Positions 29,138 to 42,098 of a stretch of DNA of 64,000 nt are shown here, in pieces; position 1 is the first letter of the stretch, and every line of letters begins with the position of its first letter. The DNA lies in assembly GCF_000150275.1 (NCBI RefSeq), contig NW_002060943.1, positions 4,422,008 to 4,486,007 on the forward strand. Direction: 5' to 3'. Below the pieces are notes generated by a model that saw nothing but the letters and a program-made list of their open reading frames with translations, was not told the origin of the DNA and did no database searches. The stretch comes from Trichoplax adhaerens (Eukaryota; Animalia; Placozoa). Position numbers and translations under genes: made by a program.

Positions 29138-32100
29138 TCAAGTATTTCTTTCAGCTACTTTAAATTGATGATTAATGGAAGCTGTCCGTGATCGAGAAAC
29201 CCGAACTGAAAGTCGTCTTTCTTTAACCAATACAAGCTTTCCTTCAATCAATTCACTATAAAAGATTAAAGAAATTTGTTGATTAGTACATTGACTAGCA
29301 TAAGAAACACAGAATTAACCTAACGTTAATAATGAAATTCAAAATTGAAGTATTAATATTCAACAACAGTTTGTCGATAAGAACATTAAGTTCTACAGCA
29401 AACACGGAATTAACTTAAATTTAACAACAAAATCCAAAATTTAAATATTGATCTTCAACTTGCCTATATTGAATTTTGTTGTCCTTATTGGTATCGAGGT
29501 AATCGATTAGTAAATCTAGTTGTTTCTATATTAAAGAAAATTACATATAAGCGAATTAATTTTCGTGGCTATGTGTTTTACAATCTAAATTGAATACTGC
29601 TTTATTTATACATTATAATTATTAGAGGAAGGTTCATAAATACTTATATACAGGAAAAAAAATAAATTTGTGCAAGGAATTGAAGAATTCAAATTTATTA
29701 CACAGTTTTATATTTCTTTAAGTGGCTTACCGAGCTCATTTCTAATCCGGTCTCTTTCAAGCCACATTTTAACTCATCTTTCGATATGTCTCCACTTTTA
29801 TCTTTATCGAACCTTATAAATATGTCTATCAAGCGCCATCGATTAAGCTTTATGAAGTCATCCAATAATTCCATTGGTGTTATCGATTTCTATATCATCA
29901 TCAAATTGAAATGGTTTATTAAAATCATATCATAAACCATTTACTGAAAATAAACCGAGATTTTATTTTATTTAAACTAAAAATAATCCCTATGGAGTAT
30001 TATTACTGCAGCACCTTAAATTAAACAGTTTCTTACAAAGATCTCAGCTTGTGGTAATGCGTATCTACTTACTATAGGCTTCTGGTATCCGCCTTTTCCA
30101 CCGTGAAATATTTTAATATTTCGAACTTCCATTAACTCTTCAATTTCATCATGCATTTTTCTTGATACAGTAATTTCCTACGAAATGTTTCAAAACGTTG
30201 AATTAAGAATTTCTTTTAAGTGTACTAAGGCTTCACCGCATACGCAAGCAAGCATTGTTGGTTATCAAATCGATTCTATACTTACTTCTAAGCCTAAAAC
30301 TTTCAGTAAATCATTATTCTTGGCACCATTTAAAATAGCTTCAACACCTTTATTACCGACTGGATTAGTGCTAATCTGTTAAAAGCATAGTGATATTGGT
30401 TATCTTACAGTACATAGTATATCATTTTGATTCGGACATGTTGAATGCACTTGCTTCAGGCAATGATATTATTAGCTATATTTGTAGAAGTAGACTATCA
30501 CATGCTGAAATTATCTTAACCTAAACATGATGTTTTAATTCGGTCGAAAATGTTTTAATTAATAAAAGGGAAATAATTATACATTTGGTATAGATGTTGA
30601 GTATAACTAAATTTAAAGTTGAATATCAGACAAAATTACAGTTAAATATTATTAATAAATTATCACCTTGAAATGTGTTAATGCGTTATTAACTCCTAAA
30701 CATTTTCCTAGTTTGATAGCTCCAATTTCTCCTATACGATTATTACTGAAAAGTAACCATTGGAAATTGAAAAAATTAGAGCCTGGTTATCAAAGATTTC
30801 ATATCGCAAAGTATACCATATGATCTATTACGTGGACAGATAAAATTACGTAAAAGAATACTATTGATTAATACTCCTAAAATTAATTAGCGGGCTTGTT
30901 TTACTATTTCTGCAATTCAAAATTGCATCTGTTGCCGAATAATGCACGGTACGTTAATATATATAGCATATGCCTATTAATGTCTTAGGCAATGGAATTT
31001 TGCTAAAAGTATTGCGACTGTATTAGAAAAGACATTGGTTATAGACATATTCGGCTACTATAAATACATTATAATTCCGTTTCATTTTAAGGAAAATGAA
31101 TTAATATTAAGAAACGGAACATTTTAATATTTTACAAGGCAAAAGATAATACTATTAATATGATTCATTAAATGTCGATTAAGACCTCAAATTGGAAATA
31201 ATTAATGCACTTAGGTGCCATACTGTGATTGTTATTCTACTTACCTAATATCTAATCTTTGAAGAGTAGTATTCTTTCTTAAAAATTTCGCCAAAGCAAA
31301 AGCTCCTACATCTGAGATACCGTTCCAAGCTAGATTTAAGGAAACTAGCGTTGTATTTAACTAGAATAAATGTAAGAGGTTATGAATTACTTAGATGTTC
31401 ATGCTTTACTATCAATTAAAGTTAAATGGAAGAAATTATTTAGAAGAAAGTTGAACTTTGGTTTTAATCACCCTTAAAGATTTGGCTAAAGCCACTCCAC
31501 CACGGCCACGAATGGAATTCCAACTAAGATCCATAACATCAAGATTTCCATTTTCTGCCTACATATCATTAAAATGTAAATGTATTATACAAATTTTATC
31601 TTGGTTATAATATGCAGAAGCGGTTCAAATTAGTCTTTCCCCGCTGTTTAGCTATAAATTTTTTAATTCTCTTACGATTCCGTTAGCTAAACTGATTGCT
31701 CCTAACTCTCCAAATTCATTGTGGCTCAAGTCCAAATACGATAAGGTTGTATTGGCTTTCAGTGCTCCAGCAAATGTTGCAGCATTTTGATCAGTAATAT
31801 GATTTCCTTTGTAATAGTAAAGGATCAGTTTTCAGTTTACTTATATTAGCTACAGTCAATTTTAAGCAAATTAAAAATGTAGAACTTGCACTGTATGCCT
31901 TAATTTAGCGTGTAAAATTATCTTTAAGATAAAATTGAAATAAAATTTTTTAACTGTATTATCAAAATACCTTTAATGATTAAAGTTCGTAGCGTTGTGT
32001 TTGAAAATAACATCTTTGCAAAAGCATTTGCCCCTTCTGAACCGATAAAGTTATCGGAAATATTCTACGAAGCAAGCAATAAAGCAAAATTAGTTAACCT

Positions 32101-35100
32101 GCATTAAATAATACTGTTATTAGTTTAAAAAATTCGTTATGCAAAGATAGATTAATACCTATACATACAGAGTTTCAGTTCACTCTTTATGATATAGGAT
32201 ATCTTAGTAATAATGAACTATCAAAACGAATTATAAGAATAAACTTACTAATTCACGTATATACATATTTTCCTGCAACATTTCAGCTATTGCTTGTGCG
32301 CCATCTTCTTTGATGTAATTATCCGCTACAATTAATCTCTCAACTTTGGTGTTGTTCTACAAATAACAATTACGGTATATTACAGAGATTATAACTAATA
32401 ATCAGTTATAATGTGACCATTTATAAATTTTTACAAATTACTACTATAAATGTCTTGATAGTGGTTAAAGATTTTTTAATTTATTGTTTTATTGACAGTT
32501 TACACGACCGATAATCTAGACATTATAATTTTAGTTATAGTAAAATAGTAGCAGCTTACAAGGAGTGCATAAGCCAGCGGAATAGCCCCTTTGGGCCCCA
32601 GTCCATGATGTTTCATGATAATGGCAGATTCATGAAAATGACGTAGAAGGTAAGAAACTGGAATAACTCCTAAAAATTAATTTTAAAGTTGTTCGATAAA
32701 TTATTATAAAACGATTTATATTCTTTTCTTAACTCTGAAGTTATTACATAAAGCCCAAATTGTCCCTATTGATATTAACAAATGCATTAATGTATTAATA
32801 ATAACGAAGACTATGCCAAGAACTATGAAGGCATATTAGAATAAGTTAGCTTAGCCCTTAATGCAGGGTCAATTCGTGATATTAAATTTGATCATAAGTA
32901 CCATATTGCTTGCAAAGCTTTACGTATTCATCGCTTCCGGTACTATCATAGATAATTGGAGGCTCTATTAAATCATTTAATTAAAAATTACATAAATGCA
33001 TCATCATCCTCATGGCTATATATTGTCTAAACGATTAAATTAATCTTGTGCATTTTGATCCTTTGCTTATCGTAATTAATCTTAATAAGTTCTTTGCTAT
33101 GATATTAACTTACTCGCACGCAGTAATTTATGTGAGCAGAAGTAGAATCGATTTTTGAACAAGTTAATAGAGTATTTACTTTAATAGCGTAAAATTTTAA
33201 TTTTATTTACTAATAGCAGTAATATCAATATATTTAATCGAAAAAGTAAAGGCGATTTCGAATATAATTTAATACTATAGGGTTGAAACTAGAACTCAGT
33301 AGCTTACAGAAATATTTTAAATGTATTCCATGGAATTAATTTTATAGATGAAACTAATTTCAATTTAGTCGTGTTAATCTGCAATTAATATCTTACTGTT
33401 CACAATTCCTCAGTTATGAATATCAACTTACCTCACATCTTAAAAACTAAATGCCCTGCTAACTTACTAAATGATTTAAACTCATTGTACGCAGATTTTT
33501 ATAGAAAGAAAAGGTAGTAACTACCAGAGAGCTAACACTTGAAAGGAATGTATAAATAGATTCTTAATTTAATCTGAATAAGTAGCCTATGATAACGATG
33601 CAGAGTTAAAGTAGCCTTTTACTCTCATTCTATACATTATAGAGGCAATCTTAGTCTACCTGAGTACGTACTACAGCTTTCTAAATATCTACAATTTGAA
33701 TTCTATCGATATTGATAAACACAGTATAAAAGTGGTTTTAAAGCCTAATCTATAGCTTACTCTTAAAATCCTCTTCTAAGTCGGTATCCCAATCGTCACT
33801 ATCATCGGAATCGTCATATTTATCACCAACATCTTCAATTTCAACTTTCATATTGCCAAGAACTGACGTTAAGTGATCAGTTGCGGAGCTTTCTTGATTA
33901 TCATTTTCTTTCTTATCATTTCCTGATGACCAAGCCCATTTAACTGATTTTTGACTCTCATTTAAAGGATTTGACTCTGGTTCTTCTACTGATTCTGGCG
34001 GAAATGAAAAGCATCATTGATTGAATAAAAGTATCAATTCTCTATCTACAGTTACTACATAGTGCTTGCAATTTAACTTATTGATATTTTGGATCCAAAT
34101 ATTCTAACTTTCGCTACAAATGCATTTGTTCGTTCTAACTTGTAAACTATTTAATAAAATAATTATAACTTAATTTACCATTTTTAGGGCTTTGAGGTGT
34201 TATTTCATCTTGATGATTACCATTAATTTTCTCGACGGGTTTTACTAAGATTGAGTTAATGTTATTACGTATCTTCGTGTCATAGGTAGTCTCGTCATTT
34301 CGACCGTGAATATCATTTAACGTTTTACTGTCTATAAGAATTTCCGTTTTGGGTGCTATACGTGAAAATGGCTTTGTCGGTTGGTAACCAATTAGCTCAG
34401 TATTCTTTTTTTGCACGTCATTCTTAGTTTTCACAACCTGATATTGAAATAATAATGATTGTTAAATTAAGACAGTAGAGCTGACGACAAATACACTAAT
34501 TCCTTTTTATGGTAGGCAAAGTCTGAGCCTTTTTGCTCGTATATTAGAGTATGCTCTGGAAGTGATTTTTTAAATAAACACCGTGGCTAAGCTTCAAATC
34601 TACGACGATGAACATGAAATACATCGCTGATTTATCATAAAGTGATTTACAACAGGAAGGAGGTATAAGAGTATTAAGCATCAAAGTATTATAAAATGGA
34701 ACAACATTCCATTGATGAATAGAAATTTTATCGTAGGGGGTTAAAATCTTATCAACGCTACACAACACAACAGTTGTTACGATAGATTATAGCATCTGTA
34801 GTATATTATAGCTTAAATGTATTTGCCCTCTTAAGTTTATTTAGGGCCAAAATTAAGAAATTAAGTGTACGTTTTGAGCTTTTGATAGGCAATAAACTCA
34901 TAATTGAGTGGTAAAATTAATTACACAAAACCATACAGTAGCTAACAAAATCCATATTAGATCGAGCTATACTAATATTAAGATAATTAATTTTAAACGT
35001 GCTCTAAAAAATACTGGTGCTAGGAAATGAAATAATAGAAGATAGCTTGCTATCACTTTAAGAATAATTAATTTAACAACTTGGATCTTACCTTATCGAA

Positions 35101-35139
35101 TCCATAAATATATGACCGATTGCTATTGCCTTTTTTCAT
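29138..35139 (-). CDS. LRRC74: Leucine-rich repeat protein 74 (RNI-like LRRs + C-terminal EF-hands)
   Basis: Inferred ATG 35139 (48-nt exon, in frame with the 34437 exon). Spliced product includes DDWDTDLEE, YVKLCKQYGVIPVSYLLRHF...MKHHGLGPKGAIPLAYAL, repeated LDLS(H/W)NxxG LRRs, EF-hands DKDKSGDISKDE and DTNKDNKIQYSE. Stop TGA 29140-29138. Confidence 0.85.
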
Positions 35140-35457
35140 GGCCGGACTTTCACGTAGATTATTCAGTACGAATACAGAGTAAACTAGATCTTAAATGCAA
35201 GTTGCTTTTATTTTAAATCGCTAATACATGAAACTGCGTGATATTTTTTGCTTCTAGTTAAACTATTAACAAGTCGGTAGACTCAGTATGGTGTGATTAT
35301 TGAATCAATCGAGGAATTTATTCTTATTTGCCCGCAAGAACTTTTCTAATCAATTAGTTTAGCTAAAAATATTAATGCAATGCTTATTAGACGATTTCTT
35401 ACATTAGCTAGTTAGTATGACCTTCTTAATTAGCTTGAATTTATTGTGCAAAGCCTT

Positions 35458-35471
35458 GTTGCTATGGTGAC
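35458..35471. promoter_or_regulatory. RFX X-box GTTGCTATGGTGAC upstream of LRRC74
   Basis: Near-palindromic match to GTTGCCATGGCAAC, ~320 bp 5' of the ATG of a cilia-associated gene. Confidence 0.65.
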
Positions 35472-37290
35472 AAATACAAAGTACGTTAGTGACTTTTTGA
35501 ATAAAGTTAGTCAATATTTTATAAAATTGCATTATTACCACATTCATTCATTAATTATTAATGGATAGGCAAGCGATTGATGAATCATCGATATAACAAT
35601 TATTGTACATAAGTAATCAACTTTCACGGTTTCATCCATCAAGTTAACAACAGCTGCCTTCTTTTAATTACAATTAACTTTATCCGCATGTTTTCACCTA
35701 GAAATTTACTTTTTAAATTGAAGAGTACCCTATCTCTAAATGGATTTAGTCTTGATCCGTGGAAAAATATGATGCTACTTATAAATGCACCGCACCGTAT
35801 AGGCCAGGCCTGTAGTAATGTATTGTTCAATGCAGCTATTGTCTGGTTTAGATTAAAATTGGAACAACATAGTCTGGGCGCGATAAGTTCGCAAGAGTTA
35901 AATAAAAAATAAACATAATAAGGTTTTGCTAATTTACATAATGCAACGTTTTATGATCGAATAGATTTAAATAATCTGAGGGCATACACTAGGCTAGAAT
36001 AATGATGGTAATGTGCTACCGTAGTATAAAATAGAATCTTTAGTATGATTGGTAAACTGTATTTTAGAAGAATCGACTGAGTCATTATAAACATCGAATT
36101 TATGACCTTTTGCTGATTCTAGCTAATTTATCGCAGCACAAGTACGGAAAGATATTTTTAAAAAATTAAATCGTTTGTGATTATTCTTTTTATCTTACAC
36201 GTATTATACCTTGGTTGCATACCTTACTATTCTGATAATTTTATGCTTATTAAATTAAATGGAACTCTGTAAATAATAACGATAGCTGACGTTTTACCTA
36301 TAAACCAATGAAATCACTAAATGATCGCCTTAATTCTCCCATTTATAATTACTAACGAAGTAATTAACAAATACAGTTATTATACCTTATGGATTAAAGA
36401 GTACCGGAGAAAATTTGCCGTTGGAAATTTTAAATCGATCAGAAACTACTTCGAATAATTCTTTAGATTTAGTCTATTTGTACATACAACAGGAGAAAGA
36501 AAATGTACTGTATCTTTTAAATTCAAATACGCTACTAAATCATCATCACGATAAATATAGCTTCTACCATATAGTATCCTTTGTATATCTGAGTACCTAT
36601 TCAGTACATAAAATATGACCTATCATAACGTTGTATTCGTGGCCAACATTAGGAATTGCCTAATTATTGTTACAATACTACTTTCACTTATCGTACTGTA
36701 TAATGCAATCCTCGTTACAATTTACTCTCTCGAATAATTATGCATTGTAGGTATCACAAATATAGATTGTATATTATGTTTGGTATTTATACTGCCTTCA
36801 AGGTTTTTAAACGATATAATTATAGTTGTCGAAGAAACGTTTACTTATTATCTTAGCTATGTCTTTATAGTAGGGGTATTTAGAGAACTGCCGTAAATTA
36901 ATTATTTATCATTATTGCTGATACCTTGAAACGAATAGAAAGTCTGATTGAAATCGTACACCATTTAAAGTGCACGTGTGAAATAAAGTGGCCGTTGTTA
37001 ATATAATATTATTTCCGTAGTCACTTAATAAATACAATATACACAATCATGATTTATTATCCATCCTAAACATCGCTCAATTAAAATATTCGTATCATTT
37101 ATATGCTTCTAAAGAATCCGGCTATTTTATATTGGTGTATTTGTAAAGTTGGGACGATCGTATGTTTATTCACTACACATACTTTGTCCAATTTGTGATT
37201 ATGAACAATACCGAAGGTAAAATTTTCTATAGCGCTTTAAAGATTTCACTAGTGCAGTACAAATTACCGAGTAGTAGTACAGTTGTAAAG

Positions 37291-37393
37291 GTAGTGGCTT
37301 TCATGAAGGGTATAAACAGAGCTATGGCTATAATATCTTTCAGTAGTGGCTTTCATTAAGGGTGTAAACAGAGTTATGGCTATAATATCTTTC
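37291..37393. repeat. 52-bp tandem duplication (2 copies)
   Basis: GTAGTGGCTTTCAT.AAGGGT.TAAACAGAG.TATGGCTATAATATCTTTC twice, 3 mismatches. Confidence 0.95.
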
Positions 37394-37905
37394 TATAGTA
37401 AATTGTAAATTGAAGATCGAATACAAGACCATGGAGTTGGCCCCTGCTTAACGAGTGTAACTATAGCAGGGAATAAAACAATTATTCCAATAAAAAAGTT
37501 AAAAGAAAATATGCCTCTTTAAATTGTCTCATTACGACATCTGCAAGTGCTTTTAAAAACGATTACACTACATCTGATAACATGAATTGACGGTGAGTTA
37601 AATCCACTTATTGCTTCAAGTCAAATAATAACGATTAGTTCGTCTAACAAAACAGTCTTTATTACTAAATCTAAGAATAATTATGGTAGGGCATATTAAA
37701 CAGCTGTTATCCCAAGTTGTAACTGAGACTAACATAGCCATTTACACATATGATCTTATGAAGATTTAGCATGAATTTCATTTTCTGGTATAAAAAATGA
37801 TATTTTAATGATATCAATCAACTATACAGGATACTAGTATTTTTTTTCACAATATATCACAGGTGTATCTGTAAAGTAGTCTTGGCAGCCTGTTCGACTT
37901 TGATT

Positions 37906-40195
37906 TTATTTACCAGCTACAGAAGATAACTGATCCCTAATTTTCCCTAAGCCATCTAACATAGTATCTATGGTTTCCTTGCTAAGTTCCAAATTAATGC
38001 ATTGTTGAGGAGGCAATAGTTTCGTTTCTTCTTGATTTTGTTGAATCTAAGTTAATGATTGAAATATTGAATAGGAAATGTTAAGAGGTTCAGGTATAAA
38101 ACTATTATCATACAGTCATTACATTTGATGATACAAAATATCATGAACAGTTCTACAACTAATAACAGCTGGACGTATTGCGGTTAACACCAAATGAATT
38201 AAATGTCAAATTTAGTCGTTCTACTTCAATATTTTTGCAAAGGCTATATATTTTAAAAAGAAAACTTGATGTTAAGAATGCAAGACAGAAATATTCACCT
38301 TCAATTGCATTATACAAGTTGGCATTGCCATTCGATTGATGGTATCTGACGAAACTTTTAAATCTACACGCCAATCGAAATCCTCAAGACGAGGCAAAGA
38401 TACTGCAAAGAAGTTTTACTTAGTTATTTGTTTTATCTCCATTAAAATACTTAAAAATAATGATACACAGCATGGTGATAATTGTAATGGCAAGATTAAA
38501 CGACTTTACAAACCGTACAAAAAAACATTTCGATTTGAAATGGTTACCTTGTCTGTTTATGGCCGATGCTTTCCATTTTGGCCTATTAGGATTATAGACC
38601 GTAATTTAAAATGTACGCTCAAGTAAGTTAACGAATTTACATTGAGGAAATTATTTCATTACGTAGGGCAATTATTTAAGTGTCTGGCACAATGATACCT
38701 GTCGTTAAAACGTATCATCAATCTGCACTTACATCGATTCTGCTAAAATTTTAGATAAGAGTTCTCTTAAGTTCTTATGAAAATCGTCTATGAATAGATG
38801 TGGCATATCAGTATTGGTTATTTCAAATCGGCACTGTTGAAAGCTCATCTTAGGTTGATCAATTATTTTCGACAAATAAGCTAATGCATACCTGGAAATA
38901 GGCTATAAATTCTTTTAGGATCAGAAATGTCTTGATACAAAAGCATGAGAATTAAATTTTTTAACTCTTGCAATAGCTAACGAAGTTCCAATAGAAGCCA
39001 TATTTTCATTTTATAATACAGTAATAAAAATACATGTAAGCTATTCGTTAATGCCGTACGAGTTGTTTTGACTATGATAACTTTTCATATTTGGATAGAG
39101 TGGTTCAATTTATCAATTTCCTTGATCTTACCTTGTAAGTATCAGCTGACTCTAGCTTCAATTCTGTCGTACAATAGGCAATAATTTCATTCGGTACTAC
39201 AACAGCAATGACAGGAGGAAAGTTTGTACATATTCTACAGATAACGTAGTTATATAAATTCAATAGTGAAGTTCTAACTGTTAGGAATATTACACTGTCT
39301 CGAAATAGTACTATTAACAACGATATCAAATCTTTTCAATCAAGAATCGGCTAGCAACTGTTGGAGTTAAGCGTTGACTGAGTGCGATACCTTGCGTGTT
39401 TCGATAGATGAAAGCTTCATTACAAATTTTATACACAACATCTTTAGAGGGTGCCTAAAAGGAAAGCAATTACTATCATTAAATTCTGTATACAATCTCC
39501 ATTTAAAATAGGCTTCAAGTACTACTGTATGGATAACTAGGAGCTAACATCGATGATTAATATGTCAAGCAAAATGCATGAATTCCTTGATAAAATAACA
39601 CGTATTGTCCATTAGACGTCAAACCGTCGTTTTTTACGTCCTAGCACCATGCCTGTTCTACGAATGTAGAAGATTCTATAATGACAGTAAGATTGGTTTA
39701 ATTTCTTTTATTATGCATTACAAGACGTGAGTGATGAATTACAATTATGCGATGAATTCACGATCGATTCATTGATGAAACACGCCAAAAGTAAAACAGT
39801 ATCAGAGCTCGAGCGAAAGAATACTTGCAGAGAAGACTAGGTCGATTACGCTTGTAAGCATTTTAATCCTACATCTACAAAAGCAGGAGCGGAAAACTAT
39901 TTCACTATATCATGCTACGTTGGCTGGCTCTCTATGCCAACATGGACTTTCTTCGTTGTTAAGAATAAGAATATGGTCATCCTTACAACTTGATGATGCT
40001 ACGTTAGCTCTCTACGAGTATGTCAATATGAAATTTCTTCCTTGATATTGTCAAAAGACAAGCAAGCTAGTATGGTCATGGTATGCCTTATAAAATTGTA
40101 CACTCGCTCTCTATCACATTGATTAATGCCTTAGTATAGCAATATCTTGCCTTCATTAACAGCAAAAGGTCCGGCCAATTTAATTTGGATTCCAT
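37906..40195 (-). CDS. COMMD9: COMM domain-containing protein 9, 8 exons
   Basis: Exons 40195-40151, 39454-39391, ~39196-39132, ~38976-38892, ~38787-38733, ~38582-38548, ~38402-38299, ~38046-37906 give MESKLNWPDLLLLMK-APSKDVVYKICNEAF...LFPDDFHKNLRELLSKIL...VSLPRLEDFDWRVDLKVSSDTINRMAMPTCIMQLK...LELSKETIDTMLDGLGKIRDQLSSVAGK*. This closely matches vertebrate COMMD9. Confidence 0.93.
39912..40095. repeat. Degenerate ~85-100-bp tandem duplication in COMMD9 intron 1
   Basis: ATGCTACGTT.GCT..CTCTA...TG.CAA.ATG.A.TTTCTTC...TATGGTCAT...CCTTA.AA at ~39912 and ~39996. Confidence 0.7.
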
Positions 40196-40339
40196 CTTTC
40201 GCCTTGTAGCCAAGAATATTATCGTAGTACTCTATAATGCAGCGAATGAGCAATAAAAGTAGAAGAAATGCACCCAATTAGTGCAATAAGTAAGCGTCGA
40301 AAGCTGCAGTCGTCAAATGGATACAGTCTAAGCCGTCGA

Positions 40340-41910
40340 GAATGCTGTACTGTACTGTACTGTACGCCTTGGCATGTTGCTAGTGCGCAGTAGAAATATG
40401 ACGATGGCCCATAGACGATAGACAAGAGTATACAGTACAGTATAAGATCGGTATGACGACGTGAGTTGTAAAATGGTTGGAGCGGCCGTACCTACAACAG
40501 CGACTGATCGTTTGCAAGCTTGAAAGAAATAGAATTAACCAATACTGCTATATAAAATGAATCAAAACATCAAGAACCAATGGCTCAAGGTTTTACTGAT
40601 CCGTCTACATGGAATTGGAGCCCAATTGAAAGTCCATTTCTTCCAAATTGAAAGACATCATTGAAGGCAGTACAAACATCTTTCAACCATTTTCCATGGC
40701 TCGCCACGCCCAGTAGAGTGTACAGTACTGTGGAGTTCTACTGTACACTGTACAGTGTACTGTACAGTACAGTATCGCCGTCTACAGTACTGTACTCAAA
40801 CCGAAAAACTAATTAATTAATTAATTTGTACAGTATACCGTACAGTACCTTTAAAATGAAGGTACCGAGTAAACTACAGAATGGAACAGAAAGCGGATGA
40901 GCACTTCAGCCCCTCGCGGAATGCACATGCGTATTTCTTACATTCCGCAAAAGTGGGCAAACTACGGAACATGATACTCTATTGTACCACTAGTAACACT
41001 ACTGTAAAGATTGACTAGAGGTCGAGGAGCTGAGGAACAAGGTTCGAGGCGATATAAAAAAGACGTGGATCATATTAAAAGGCTCCTTCCTATACTGTAG
41101 CCGTTACGATATGCTGTACTATTTTGTACAGGGAAAATTGTGATCGAGTTTTGATGTACATCAAAACTAGATATAGAAGCATCCTAATATAATTGTAGAG
41201 CTAGATTCATAGGTTAGCTCGGAGAGGTCATAGTGGATATTCTTTTCATATGATATCTGTAGTTTCTAATGCCTGTATTTTAACATCGTAATAAAACTTA
41301 TTATATAAACGTAGTCTTACTCATTCTTGTGAGTCGATTGTAGTTAAAATAGGGAAGTAGTATTACATTGGCATGTTTAATTTTCTGTAAGTTTTCAAGT
41401 TGTACAGTATACTGTATGCACGACCGTACAGTACAGTGTACACTGTACAGTCCGTTTCAATACTGCATACTGTACTGTACAGTACTCAGTGTACTGTACT
41501 GCAAACAAACTAGATACTGTAACGACTGTAATAATGCTATACTGTACTAGTGTACTGCCTCTCAAATCAGTGCTTCAGCAGCCATGAATCCACCTGTACT
41601 CCTTAATTAATCGTGACTAAGTCGTGACTCATGACGAACAGCAGCAGTCGAGGTGATCGCTGGTGCTTTCATGTTTCCTTTATAATTAATTAATTAATGA
41701 TAAGTTTATTTATTTACAGTAGGCCATTACTACTGTATACATAGTACTGTAGAATGACAACACTTCGATGGACTACAAGACATTTTCTTAATTAAGTTTG
41801 TATAGTCATTTTAATTAACATCCAGTACCGTAGCACCATGAATATTGTTTGTTGTGGCCTTATACAATGTACAGTATACTGGTACTGTACACTGTACAGC
41901 CCATACAGGA
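40340..41910. repeat. Several (GTACA)n/(TGTAC)n islands plus (TAAT)n runs in the divergent COMMD9-CYP intergenic region
   Basis: Clusters at ~40345-40365, 40718-40850, 41400-41556 and 41868-41905. TAATTAATTAATTAA at ~40810 and ~41683. Confidence 0.9.
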
Positions 41911-42098
41911 AGCGTTGGCTGTTGTCCAACATTGTATTGTAGTCTACCGTATTAGCTACAATTGAAATCGGACGTGATCAATCATAACAAAAGTTGATTC
42001 ATTTTGGGGGCAGCTAGTCCAACTACTATACCTTCAAGACTGGATTGATTCCATTTAATCCAGAAGAGCGCTTTTAACGCGATACCTTCATTTGCAAA

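Noticed and set aside
37291-37393. Direct repeats considered as a CRISPR-like array
   Set aside because: Only two adjacent copies, no spacers, eukaryotic context and no cas genes.
40539-40670. CCAAT + TATAAAA followed by 23-35 codon ORFs
   Set aside because: Short ORFs without recognisable features; such motifs are expected by chance in AT-rich DNA.
41010-41060. GGTTCGA resembling a tRNA T-loop / B-box
   Set aside because: No cloverleaf, acceptor stem or A-box can be formed.
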